Source of the DNA: Candidatus Methanomethylicia archaeon
GTDB lineage: Archaea > Thermoproteota > Methanomethylicia > Nezhaarchaeales > B40-G2
Length of the DNA: 64,000 nt
Direction of reading: 5' to 3'
Assembly: GCA_029259155.1 (NCBI GenBank)
Contig: JAPDJI010000017.1
Coordinates: 77,759-141,758 of the forward strand
Shown here: in pieces, positions 46,120-55,578 of the stretch
Position numbering within the stretch: position 1 is the first letter of the stretch
How the letters are laid out: every line of letters starts with the position of its first letter
Translations under genes and position numbers: made by a program
Notes under the pieces: generated by a model
What the model was told of the DNA's origin: nothing
The model's database searches: none
Seen by the model: only the letters and a program-made list of their open reading frames with translations

Positions 46120-47910
46120 TTGAGGTTACAGGGGTTGAGTATTAAGGGGTGGAGGGGCCGTCTTCTCGTAGTAGACTTATCGCAACGGTTATTTAAGACC
46201 GTTGAGCTAAGCTCCAGGTTGCTTAAAGCTTACATAGGAGGTAGAGGTTTGGGGGTCAAGATAGTATATGACCATACACCTCGCCGGGTGGACGCCTACC
46301 ACCCTGATGTACCACTAATCTTTGCTGTAGGCCCTCTAACCGCTACTCCCTTCTATTCTACAGCTAGGTTCTGCGTAATATCTAAGTCCCCCCTCACAGG
46401 TACTCTTTTTGACTCGAGCTGTGGAGGAGAACTTGGACTAGAGCTTAAGAAAGCTGGTTTCGATGCCCTTATGGTTAAGGGCTCCTCTAAGAGCCTCGTC
46501 TCCTTGGTCATCGATGATGAGGACTTCTTGATTAAAGACGCCGAGGGCTTACGGGGCTACACCACGAAGGCAACTAGAGAAGCCTTGAGGAAAGACTATG
46601 GCGAGGAGTTTAAGGTGGCTTGCATAGGCCCTGCCGGGGAGAACATGGTTAGGATGGCCTCCATAAATAGCGATGAAGGTCATGTAGCTGGGCGAGGAGG
46701 ACTAGGGGCGGTGATGGGAGCTAAGGGCCTTAAGGCACTGGTGGTTAGAGGCTCAAAACCTCTCGAGGTGGCTGATGAGAAAGGGATACGTGAGCTTAAT
46801 CGCCTAGTGCTGAAGAGAATCAAAAGCAACCCCATAACCGGGAAGGCGCTACCGGGCCTTGGTACCCTCTTCCTGTTGCAGGTGGTTAATGAACATGGAA
46901 TGCTTCCTTCACGCAACTTTAAGAACACGAGCTTCGATGAAGCCTACAAGATCTCGGCTGAGCTTTTCAAGGCTAAGCTGTTCAAACGCAGGAAGGGCTG
47001 CTTCAATTGTCCCATTGCCTGTAAACGGGTAGTTAATCTTAAAGGCGAGGAGCACCCTCAGCCAGAGTTTGAGACTACATGGGCGTTGGGCGCGCTATGC
47101 GAGGTAGCTTCACCTGAAGCTCTCGTGGAGCTAAACTCCCTCTGCAACGACTTAGGTATAGATACCATAAGCATGGGCTCCACGCTGGCCTGTGCCATGG
47201 AGCTCTCCGAAGAAGGTCTACTGGATACGCGCGTGACGTGGGGTGACGTGGAGGCCATGAAGGAGCTCATAGCCGATACGGCTCACCGTAGAGGATTAGG
47301 GAGAACGTTGGCTGAAGGGTCGAAGAAGATGGCTGAGCGTCTAAGCAGGCCTGAGCTTTCAATGAGCGTTAAGGGACTTGAGCTTCCAGCCTATGACCCT
47401 AGAGGAGCGTATGGACAGGCTCTTGCTTACGCTACTTCTAACCGCGGAGGCTGTCACCTAAGGGCTTACATGATTTCCACAGAGCTTCTAGGTGTACCGA
47501 TCTTACTAGATAGGCTAAACCCGATTGGCAAAGCTGAACTCGTAGCTTACTACGAGAACTTCTTGGCGGCTATAGACTCCTTGATCGTATGTAAGTTCCT
47601 TTCCCTCGAGCTCGATGACAACATTTTCGCCTCAGCGCTAAGGATGGCTACAGGTGGGCTTTTCACTAGAGCTGAATTGATTAAGGCTGGGGAGCGTATA
47701 TGGAACTTGGAACGTCTCTTCAACTTGGAGGAAGGCTTCACGTCAAGCCACGACACCCTCCCTGAAAGAATACTATCTTCGCCTGGAGCCCCCCCTCTTC
47801 AAGCCATGTTAGAAAAGTACTATGAGGTCAGGGGATGGAATAGAGCTGGGAAGCCTATAGAAGCTAAACTAGAGGAACTAGGTTTGCCCGGTGAACGTAT
47901 TACTATGTAG
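46120..47910 (+). CDS. Tungsten-dependent aldehyde:ferredoxin oxidoreductase family protein
   Basis: YIGGRGLG, KSPLTG, CIGPAGE, GRGGLGAVMGAK, CFNCPIAC, DDL/DTIS motif, YDPRG, RGGCH. Confidence 0.95.
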   Translation: MRLQGLSIKGWRGRLLVVDLSQRLFKTVELSSRLLKAYIGGRGLGVKIVYDHTPRRVDAYHPDVPLIFAVGPLTATPFYSTARFCVISKSPLTGTLFDSSCGGELGLELKKAGFDALMVKGSSKSLVSLVIDDEDFLIKDAEGLRGYTTKATREALRKDYGEEFKVACIGPAGENMVRMASINSDEGHVAGRGGLGAVMGAKGLKALVVRGSKPLEVADEKGIRELNRLVLKRIKSNPITGKALPGLGTLFLLQVVNEHGMLPSRNFKNTSFDEAYKISAELFKAKLFKRRKGCFNCPIACKRVVNLKGEEHPQPEFETTWALGALCEVASPEALVELNSLCNDLGIDTISMGSTLACAMELSEEGLLDTRVTWGDVEAMKELIADTAHRRGLGRTLAEGSKKMAERLSRPELSMSVKGLELPAYDPRGAYGQALAYATSNRGGCHLRAYMISTELLGVPILLDRLNPIGKAELVAYYENFLAAIDSLIVCKFLSLELDDNIFASALRMATGGLFTRAELIKAGERIWNLERLFNLEEGFTSSHDTLPERILSSPGAPPLQAMLEKYYEVRGWNRAGKPIEAKLEELGLPGERITM

Positions 47911-47932
47911 GTCTTATGAGAGGTGAAGGTAG

Positions 47933-48526
47933 TTGAAGAACGTAGTATATGAAATGTTCAGGAAGTATGGAAGGCTGCTGTCCTTACATGGTTATGTGGT
48001 TGGCCATGGAGGCAACTTAAGTTTGAGGTCGGGTAACACCATGTACATTACTAGGCATGGAGCTAGGCTTGAAGACCTTAGGTTAGAGGACATAATAGCT
48101 ATTCCCATAGAAGGGGAGTCAAGCTTTGACTCCATAGCTAGTAGTGAGGTCCTGCTTCACCGAGCTGTTTACCTAAATGGAGCCCAACACTTAGCCATTG
48201 TTCACACCCATAGTCCATATGCTGTGGCCATTTCCTTCTTCCTAGACGAACTGGAACCTCTCGATGCTGAAGCGAGCTACGTACTGAGAAAGGTACCGGT
48301 GGTTGAAGGGGAGGCAGGCTCAGTTAAGATGGCGGAGAGGGTTGCGGAGGCATTAAAGGATTCCCACGCCGTGATAGTGCGAGGACACGGTGTCTTTGCA
48401 GCTGCTAAAATGCTAGACGCTGCTTATCGCTATGCCTGTTTGGTGGAGCGTTCATCGCAGCTCAAGTATCTGGTTGAGGCTTTGAGAGGTTTAGGTTTAC
48501 GATTTAAGGAGGCTAAGGAGCTGTAA
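47933..48526 (+). CDS. Class II aldolase/adducin family protein
   Basis: GGNLSLR, ASSEVLLH, HTHSPYA, VRGHG. Confidence 0.9.
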   Translation: MKNVVYEMFRKYGRLLSLHGYVVGHGGNLSLRSGNTMYITRHGARLEDLRLEDIIAIPIEGESSFDSIASSEVLLHRAVYLNGAQHLAIVHTHSPYAVAISFFLDELEPLDAEASYVLRKVPVVEGEAGSVKMAERVAEALKDSHAVIVRGHGVFAAAKMLDAAYRYACLVERSSQLKYLVEALRGLGLRFKEAKEL

Positions 48527-49331
48527 ACTTGGCTTTATGCTTTTCAATGACGTCTCTAGGGGCTTCACAGAGCTCTATCAATGCCTCCTCTTCTATGAAG
48601 TGAAGCCTCCCTGGAAATATTAAGGAGTGTGGAGGAGGTCCAAAGCTTATCTTCATCAACCTTTCTATGCTTTCGGCTTTAACCGTGGGGCTAAGGGACC
48701 CTGCCCTAGCTATGCCCACCACTAAAGTGTTTAGATCCAGTACTTTTTCAAGCCTCCTCTCCTCTATGGAGAGGAGTATCTGTAGGGCTTCAGGAATCGA
48801 CATGTACAACCCTCTTTCCACTTTCAAATCCAACACTAGTAAGGTGTGGAGCCCTCTCCTCAAGTTCTCCTTCAACACGTCGTAGGGGGTTTCGGGGTAG
48901 TAACCTGGCTCAGGGTAGACTACGGTAGCTGTCTTACCAAACTTATAGAAAGATAGCCCTACTAGACCAGGAGCGGCAGTAGCTATGGAGGAGGAATGAA
49001 TAACTCTTGCCTCTACACCAGCTTTCTTAGCTGCTAGACGGAGAGTTACGTGAGTAGTGGCTATGAAAGGGTCTCCTGGGGTAAGTAGAGCTACGTCCTT
49101 TACCTTAGCTTCCTCCACAAGCTTCTTTCCTTTCTCTCCTTCGAGGTCCTCTCTCGTTAAGACCTCTACTTTCCGTTTTAATAGCTTCTCTAAGTCTTTA
49201 ATGGTGAAACCCGGCATTAAGCTGGTGTAGTGCTCTACGTAGACTTTGTCGCATCGCTTAGCTGTCTCGACGCCCTTGACCGAGAGGTCTAAGGGGTCGT
49301 GGAGTCCCATCCCTATGAATGTAAGGACCAA
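48513..49331 (-). CDS. dph5: Diphthine synthase
   Basis: FIGMGL, EHYTS, GDPFIATTH, YKFGKT, GLHTLLVLD, PPHSLIFPG. Confidence 0.95.
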   Translation of the reverse strand: MVLTFIGMGLHDPLDLSVKGVETAKRCDKVYVEHYTSLMPGFTIKDLEKLLKRKVEVLTREDLEGEKGKKLVEEAKVKDVALLTPGDPFIATTHVTLRLAAKKAGVEARVIHSSSIATAAPGLVGLSFYKFGKTATVVYPEPGYYPETPYDVLKENLRRGLHTLLVLDLKVERGLYMSIPEALQILLSIEERRLEKVLDLNTLVVGIARAGSLSPTVKAESIERLMKISFGPPPHSLIFPGRLHFIEEEALIELCEAPRDVIEKHKAKFTAP

Positions 49332-49341
49332 GCACTCCGCC

Positions 49342-50778
49342 TCAATGGAGCTCCTTTACCATGTATGGGCTTTCTAAAGGTCTACGGTAACCTAGCCTCC
49401 TATAGTATGGTCTTACTCCTACAGCTGAGGTGATGAGTAGCCTCTTAGCATCGTATTCCTCCCGCGCTATACGTTCAGCTTCACGTAGGAGAGCCGTCCC
49501 ATAACCTCTATGTTGCCAGGCATCTTTCATCTTCTCGCCGATAGGCACTTGTAGCCCATAGACCCTCAGCTCCCTGACGAGCATGGTCCTCTCATCCACT
49601 TCAGGTCGATGAGCTTTGGGAGAGGGCATCCTTAACCTAAGGAAGCCTATGAGCAACCCTCTATCTACTTCTTCGAAGGAAAGGAACTCCTCTACCCCTT
49701 CACTAGCTTCATACTTCTCTCTCAGCAGCTTAACCCGGTCGGGGTCAGCATCTAAACCGTACTTTACCTTAGCTACTCCGACTTCCCTACACCTAATACA
49801 CTGGCATTTAAGCCCTAAAGCCTCCATCCTTCTAGCCACGAGCTCCCGTAGATTACTCTTCCTAACCCCAGCGGCTATCAGAGGGGCTGGCACGTCCCTC
49901 TGTACACGCATGATTCTAACCCACCTTGGAACCATGGATTTGACCTTGCAGAGAAGCTCTATAGCCTCTTCCACCTCCATAGGTTTGTACTCTCCTTTTC
50001 TCCACATCTCATAGAGTTCTGAGCCAGGTATAACTAGCGTAGGATAGATCTTCAGGGCATCTGGCCTAAATCTATGATCTTTAAAGACCGTCTTGAAGGC
50101 CTCTAAGTCCATTTCCATCGTCGAGCCCGGTAGCCCCGGCATTAGGTGGTAGGTTACCTTCAACCCAGCGTCCTTAAGCCTACGTGTTGCCTCCACCACG
50201 TCCTCGACGGTGTGTCCCCTCTTAACGCTTCTTAATATTTCGTCGTAGACGGTCTGAACGCCTACCTCGACTTTAGTGGCTCCGAGCCTTAACATGAAGT
50301 CTATATGTTTTTCCTTAGCCCAGTCAGGCCTAGTCTCGATGGTTAAACCTACACACCTTATCGCAGCCTCCTCATTATTTAACTGGGCTTCTTCGAGGCT
50401 GGGAGGCTGGCTAGGGGGTGGTTGTGGGTAGCAGTTTAAGGCTTCTAGACACATGGTTATGAACCATTCCTGGTAGTCTATGGGCATGGATGGGAACGTG
50501 CCCCCCATGACTATGAGCTCTACTTTGCTGGGGTTATGCCCTAAATGCTCATATTGCCTTAACCTAGAGGATATCTGCAGATAGGGGTCGTAGCCTACCC
50601 TAACCGCTCTCATCAGTGCGGGCTCCTCACCATAATAACTCTGAGGTGTATGGGGTGGTCCACCGAAGCAGTAAAGACATTTACCGTGAGGGCAAGGCCA
50701 GGGCTTAGTCATTACCGCTACTACGGTCACACCTGAATAGGCTCTGATGGGCTTCTTCAGCTCGCTTCTCATATTCAT
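49342..50778 (-). CDS. elp3: Elp3 tRNA uridine(34) acetyltransferase (radical SAM + KAT)
   Basis: SGVTVVAVM, CPHGKCLYC, PQSY, ETRPD, KIYPT, RVQRD, CIRCRE, QHRGYG, YYRRLGY. Confidence 0.96.
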   Translation of the reverse strand: MNMRSELKKPIRAYSGVTVVAVMTKPWPCPHGKCLYCFGGPPHTPQSYYGEEPALMRAVRVGYDPYLQISSRLRQYEHLGHNPSKVELIVMGGTFPSMPIDYQEWFITMCLEALNCYPQPPPSQPPSLEEAQLNNEEAAIRCVGLTIETRPDWAKEKHIDFMLRLGATKVEVGVQTVYDEILRSVKRGHTVEDVVEATRRLKDAGLKVTYHLMPGLPGSTMEMDLEAFKTVFKDHRFRPDALKIYPTLVIPGSELYEMWRKGEYKPMEVEEAIELLCKVKSMVPRWVRIMRVQRDVPAPLIAAGVRKSNLRELVARRMEALGLKCQCIRCREVGVAKVKYGLDADPDRVKLLREKYEASEGVEEFLSFEEVDRGLLIGFLRLRMPSPKAHRPEVDERTMLVRELRVYGLQVPIGEKMKDAWQHRGYGTALLREAERIAREEYDAKRLLITSAVGVRPYYRRLGYRRPLESPYMVKELH

Positions 50779-51491
50779 CCCGCTGGCTTAACAGCTATTG
50801 CTACATAGTTTTGCGGCAACAATTTGCTCTTAAGTGAGAAGCCATAGACCTCCACCATCTTAAACCCTGCCTGCTCAATAAGCTTTCTCAGCTCTGAGCA
50901 TGTAAAGAGGTGGTAGAACCTTAAATACACTTCACCTCGATACCTCCAAGGCACCTCGACGTCCCCATACTCGAATAGACTTCCTCTGAGCTTAGCGAAG
51001 AAGCCTTTAATCAATGGCCAGAAGAAGCGAAGCTGTCTTCTACTCCACACGCTGACAAGTAGGAGCCCCTCTTTCCTTAAGGTTCTCAAGGCCTCTTGCA
51101 GAGCCTCTAGCCTAAGCCTTGAGGTAGGTAAATGGTGGAGTGCAGCTATGTTGACTACAGCGTTGAAGCTATTGTGCTTAAAGGGTAAACAACGTAGATC
51201 CCCTCTAACTAAATGTACTGTGGCTCGTTTAACCAGCTGTTTAGCAGTATTAAGTAGGGCTTTTGAGAAATCGAGGCAAACCACCTCCATACCTCTATTT
51301 GCTAAGGGTAGGGCATGCCTGCCTCCACCAGACCCTGCATCGAGTATGAGAGAGGGGGTCGGAAGAGTGTCTAGGCGTGAGAGTAGTGGGCTCCATGGTT
51401 TCCTACGCTTAGCCACGTAGTCTTCAGCGATCTCTTCATATATCTCCATAACATCCTTTAATACCTTGGCCGCCCTGTCCACGGCTATCAC
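50775..51491 (-). CDS. Trm9/ALKBH8-like class I SAM-dependent tRNA methyltransferase
   Basis: YEEIAEDY..RRKPW, LDAGSGGGR, AALHHL.T..LR..AL.E, VSVW, DVEVPW, RFYHLF..EL. Confidence 0.8.
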   Translation of the reverse strand: MIAVDRAAKVLKDVMEIYEEIAEDYVAKRRKPWSPLLSRLDTLPTPSLILDAGSGGGRHALPLANRGMEVVCLDFSKALLNTAKQLVKRATVHLVRGDLRCLPFKHNSFNAVVNIAALHHLPTSRLRLEALQEALRTLRKEGLLLVSVWSRRQLRFFWPLIKGFFAKLRGSLFEYGDVEVPWRYRGEVYLRFYHLFTCSELRKLIEQAGFKMVEVYGFSLKSKLLPQNYVAIAVKPAG

Positions 51492-51568
51492 GCTATACGT
51501 TGCCTGACAAGCTTTAAAGCAGGTTGGTTGTAAAGCTTAACCGTGCTTAAAGCGGGAGGCTCAAGGAG

Positions 51569-52090
51569 TTGACTAGGGCCCTTTATGTAGGGCGTTTCCA
51601 GCCCTTCCATAAAGGACACCTCGAGACCTTAAAGTGGATCTTGGAAAGATGTGACGAGGTCATTATAGGGGTGGGATCAGCCCAATATAGTCATCAACTA
51701 GACAACCTGTTCACAGCTGGAGAGCGTATAGAGATGATAAGGAGGGTATTAATGAGCGAAGGATTAACAGACAGGTGCCTCATAATACCTATTCCCGATA
51801 TAGGACAACATTCTCTCTGGGTGAGCGTGGTACGCCAGTTCTGTCCGAGGTTTGACGTCGTATACACCAATGAACCCTTAACTAGGAGGTTGTTTTTAGA
51901 GGCAGGTTTCAAGGTGGAGGGGATTCCTCGCTTTAACCGTGAGTTTTACGACGCTACTAGGATAAGGAGGCTGATGGCGGAGGGTGGCGATTGGGAAAGC
52001 TATGTTCCTAGCCCTGCAGCCTCCTTTATCAAAGAGATAGGTGGGGTCGAGAGGATAAAAGACCTCTTAAGGAGCGATAAAGTACCTTGA
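51569..52090 (+). CDS. nadM: Nicotinamide-nucleotide adenylyltransferase
   Basis: GRFQPFHKGH, GSAQYSH, FTAGER, ATRIR. Confidence 0.95.
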   Translation: MTRALYVGRFQPFHKGHLETLKWILERCDEVIIGVGSAQYSHQLDNLFTAGERIEMIRRVLMSEGLTDRCLIIPIPDIGQHSLWVSVVRQFCPRFDVVYTNEPLTRRLFLEAGFKVEGIPRFNREFYDATRIRRLMAEGGDWESYVPSPAASFIKEIGGVERIKDLLRSDKVP

Positions 52091-52185
52091 CTAAAGGTTT
52101 TATCGAGAAAAAGCCTAGCTCTAGGATCAAGCACCGATGTGTAGGGTCAAGATAGAATTTATGTTTAAAATGTTTAAAGAAAGAT

Positions 52186-53259
52186 CTAAGCAGTTTTTTC
52201 CTCGCTCTTAGCGGCTTGCTCCTTCTTTCTCTTGGATAGCTTTATGACTAGGTCTAGCCCAGGTTTAACTTCACTTATCGGTTTAGCCTCAAGTAAACCT
52301 GCCTCAACAGCTCCCCTGAATAGCTCTTCCCCTACGCTGCTTCTGATGATAACCGTGCTCCAGCCGTCTGGGCTACCTACAGACCCTACGGAGATGTCAG
52401 CTAACTCAGCAGTGAAGTCTTGGCAGTGGTGACAGCTACTCCTAACATAGTCCTTCACCTCGGCGAGTGGCACGTTTATGACTTCATTGCCTCCCGAGTA
52501 TGCGATGAACTTGCCCTTGCTTATAGCGAACTTATCTATATCCTTGGGCTCATATCCCTTAGACTTCAAAAACTCGTCCATTAGCTTCCTGTAGTTAAAG
52601 CTTTCCATGCAGAAAAGCCCTATCACGACTGCTACGCGTTCCCCTAGCTTTAGGCAGCCTTTAGCGTTAAACTGCATTTGCCTGATCGCCCTGACTTGGC
52701 AGGGGGTGCCTACGAAGGCTATTCGACGCTTCATATAGTTGTTGACAGCTTCGCTTAGGCCTATCAAGTTGGGGCTGGGTGTATACTTGGTTCCAGCTCC
52801 CTTTACAGCCTCCTCAGCAGTTAAGGCTACCTTAGGCCATGCTCTCCAAGGCTCGTCTTTAACACCTGCCACTACGGCGCAATCAACCATGCCGTTGTTA
52901 AGGGCATACACTAGCATGGTGGTTACGGCTCCTCCATCCTGCGCCACCTTACCTACTTCCTCCAGCTTAGTCTTAACCGAGTATACTTCACGGTATACGC
53001 CGAAAGCATCTTCAACCGTCTTCTCCCTACCGAACACCGTCTTCTCAATATCAGAGTAGGGTACTTCGGTCTGTGGGCAGCTATGGTAACATACTTCACA
53101 GGTTACACACTGTCCTACGATCTTAGGCTGCTCACCGTCCATGATGAGGGCGTTTACAGGACAAGCAGCTACACATCCTCCGCACGCTGTACATAGTCCT
53201 GGTTTAACCACTTCAGTGATCAAGGACCCAAAGATCTTCTTCTTGGGTTGAGCTGACAA
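52186..53259 (-). CDS. FrhB/FdhB family F420-binding subunit with N-terminal 2x[4Fe-4S] ferredoxin
   Basis: CTACGGCVAACP, CVTCEVCYHSCP, QDGGAVT, GTPCQ, IGLFC, ADISVG. Confidence 0.9.
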   Translation of the reverse strand: MSAQPKKKIFGSLITEVVKPGLCTACGGCVAACPVNALIMDGEQPKIVGQCVTCEVCYHSCPQTEVPYSDIEKTVFGREKTVEDAFGVYREVYSVKTKLEEVGKVAQDGGAVTTMLVYALNNGMVDCAVVAGVKDEPWRAWPKVALTAEEAVKGAGTKYTPSPNLIGLSEAVNNYMKRRIAFVGTPCQVRAIRQMQFNAKGCLKLGERVAVVIGLFCMESFNYRKLMDEFLKSKGYEPKDIDKFAISKGKFIAYSGGNEVINVPLAEVKDYVRSSCHHCQDFTAELADISVGSVGSPDGWSTVIIRSSVGEELFRGAVEAGLLEAKPISEVKPGLDLVIKLSKRKKEQAAKSEEKTA

Positions 53260-53404
53260 GGACCACGCCTCCAAGCCAGCCTACATGGACTCCACCTCAC
53301 CTAGTCCACATATGCTTAAAAGCTTTAATGTCTCCCAGCGAGAGGCGAAACCATCGCCGGTATGTTTTTAAACATAAAGAGTTATTTAGTTATCAGGTGG
53401 TTTG

Positions 53405-53959
53405 ATGAGTTTTTGGGATGATTGGTTCCGTAGGAGACGGTGGGGTTTATCGTTCTTTGAAGAGATGAGCAGAATGATGGAAGAAGCCTTCAGGGACCTC
53501 TTTGAAGTCTTACCCAAGGAGCTATACCGTGAATATAAGCTTCCCGATGGAAGCACGGTGAGAACTTTAGGTCCCATAGTCTACGGCTACACCATGACCA
53601 TAGGCCCCGACGGTAAGCCTGTGATAAGAGAGTTTGGCAACGTTAAGCCTTCAAGGCTGGGGTTAATGAAGCCCTCTGAGGAAAGGGAACCCCTCGTGGA
53701 TGTTATCCCTGGCGACAGGGTAGTACATGTAGTAGCTGAGATGCCAGGGGTCAGTAAGGAGGACATTAAGCTTGAAGCCACCGAGGACGAGTTAGTAATT
53801 TCAGCCGAGTCGGAGAGGCGTAAATACCATAAAGTAGTCTCCCTTCCAGTCAAGGTGGACCCTAAGAGCGCTAAAGCCTCATATAAGAACGGGGTTCTAG
53901 AGGTTACTCTCAACAAGGCTGAGGAAAAACCAAAAGGAGAGAGAATAAAGATAGAGTGA
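53405..53959 (+). CDS. hsp20: Archaeal small heat shock protein Hsp20
   Basis: GPIVYGY..TIGPDGKP.IREFGN, EPLVDV, EMPGV, ASYKNGVLEV. Confidence 0.95.
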   Translation: MSFWDDWFRRRRWGLSFFEEMSRMMEEAFRDLFEVLPKELYREYKLPDGSTVRTLGPIVYGYTMTIGPDGKPVIREFGNVKPSRLGLMKPSEEREPLVDVIPGDRVVHVVAEMPGVSKEDIKLEATEDELVISAESERRKYHKVVSLPVKVDPKSAKASYKNGVLEVTLNKAEEKPKGERIKIE

Positions 53960-53965
53960 GGTTTT

Positions 53966-54274
53966 TTACTCCACGCTGATGTTGTCTGGGGAGAACCCTA
54001 GCTCCGTTAGAAACTCTTTTACCTTATTTCGATGGTCCCCTTGAAGCTCTATCCTACCGTTCTTAGCGGTGCCGCCGCAGGCACAAGCAGTCTTAAGTTT
54101 ACCCGCGATCTCCCTTAGGTCGAGGTCCTTGCCGCTGATACCTTCAATTACGGTCACGTCCCTATTCCATTTTCTTCTCTCCACGTATACCCTAATGATC
54201 TGCTGCTCCTTCGCTATCGCTTCGCATACGCAAATTTCACGCGGTAAGCCACAGACTGGACATGTTTCACTCAT
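53966..54274 (-). CDS. Translation initiation factor aIF1 (SUI1)
   Basis: CPVCGLP..CVC, VTVIEG, LKTACACGGT, IELQGDHR. Confidence 0.95.
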   Translation of the reverse strand: MSETCPVCGLPREICVCEAIAKEQQIIRVYVERRKWNRDVTVIEGISGKDLDLREIAGKLKTACACGGTAKNGRIELQGDHRNKVKEFLTELGFSPDNISVE

Positions 54275-54391
54275 TCGTCTCTGGCACTGCTAATGCTAGT
54301 TTACTATTTATTGCTTGCGGAGCATCATAGGGCAGGTTGAGAAGATAAACCTTTATACTCGAGCTAGTGGAATTGGGCTTAGGCGTTCTCC

Positions 54392-54535
54392 ATGCAGTAT
54401 AGGTGTGGAAGGTGTGGAAGAACGTTTACGTTAGAGGAGCTTCAGAGACTGCCTTGGGTTAGATGTCCCTACTGTGACTCGAGGATCATCTATAAGATTA
54501 GGCCTCCCGTAGTGAAGAAGATAAAGGCTGAGTAA
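54392..54535 (+). CDS. rpo12: DNA-directed RNA polymerase subunit Rpo12 (P)
   Basis: Not in ORF track: [47 protein letters not shown]. Confidence 0.92.
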   Translation: MQYRCGRCGRTFTLEELQRLPWVRCPYCDSRIIYKIRPPVVKKIKAE

Positions 54536-54542
54536 TGTTTTC

Positions 54543-55460
54543 TTAATCCTGCTCAGGGTTGAAAGAAGCTCTAAGCGATCTACTGACGTACGCGATCTCT
54601 TCGAAGAGTAGTTTAGCGGCATGGATAGCAGCTAAGCCGTTATCGAAGGGAGGGCAGACTTCAACAACATCTAGCCCTACAATCCTTCTATCTATAACCA
54701 AGTTTAACACTTCTAAGAGGGAGGTTAACGTCAATCCTTCAGGCTCAGGGTTGCTTACGCCTGGAGCATAGGCAGGGTCTAGGACGTCTAAGTCCACGCT
54801 GATATATAGCTGGCTGAAACCTTCTAGCTTAGCTTTGATCTTTCTAGCTACCTCTAGGGCGCCCAGCTCAGCTACCTCCATGCTTGTGATCATCATTACC
54901 CCCTTCTTCTCAACGTAATCCACCTCTTCCCTACAGGCTGCTCTAACGCCTACGAGGATTACGGAGTCGTGTCCATAGGCTTCAGTAAGCCTCCTCATGA
55001 AGGTGGCGTGGCTCATCTTAACGCCTTCCGGATACTCATCCCTCATATCTAAGTGAGCGTCGAAGCATAGGAGGGCTGACTTGCCCGCACCCATCATTGC
55101 TCCGTAGGTTATAGTATGCTCTCCTCCTATGAGAATGGGGATCTTGCCTGCCTCCTTAACCTTCTTCACCACCCTCTCTACCCTCTTCAAGGTCTCCTTG
55201 ACGTCTCCTTGGACAACGTTGAGGTCGCCTAGGTCACAGGTCTTGATTTCCTCTATATCGAGGCGGGTCCTCCAGCTAAACCCCTCTATGTTAATGCTAG
55301 CCTCCCTTATAGCTCGAGGAGCAAACCTTGACCCAGCTCTATACGTAGAGGTGGAGTCAAAGGGTACACCTATTACGATGAAGGGAGAGGCTGTGAAGGA
55401 GGCCTGGAAGCCTTTAAATACGTTGGGCGAGGGGTTTACGTAGAACTCTAGCTCCTCCAT
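54543..55460 (-). CDS. speB: Agmatinase (ureohydrolase)
   Basis: GVPFD, GGEHTIT, FDAHLD, SHATF, SVDLDVLDPAYAPG. Confidence 0.93.
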   Translation of the reverse strand: MEELEFYVNPSPNVFKGFQASFTASPFIVIGVPFDSTSTYRAGSRFAPRAIREASINIEGFSWRTRLDIEEIKTCDLGDLNVVQGDVKETLKRVERVVKKVKEAGKIPILIGGEHTITYGAMMGAGKSALLCFDAHLDMRDEYPEGVKMSHATFMRRLTEAYGHDSVILVGVRAACREEVDYVEKKGVMMITSMEVAELGALEVARKIKAKLEGFSQLYISVDLDVLDPAYAPGVSNPEPEGLTLTSLLEVLNLVIDRRIVGLDVVEVCPPFDNGLAAIHAAKLLFEEIAYVSRSLRASFNPEQD

Positions 55461-55578
55461 TACATGACCCCTTTCCTTCACTTGAGCTAACTCTTATTAA
55501 TGTCCTTTCTTACCCGTGACGCTGAGCTTAAAAGGCTTGGTTTCGGCACTTAGAGGCGGACTCAAGAGGGGTATTGAG

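Noticed and set aside
54401-54420. Direct repeat AGGTGTGGA x2
   Set aside because: Simply encodes RCG-RCG of the Rpo12 zinc ribbon
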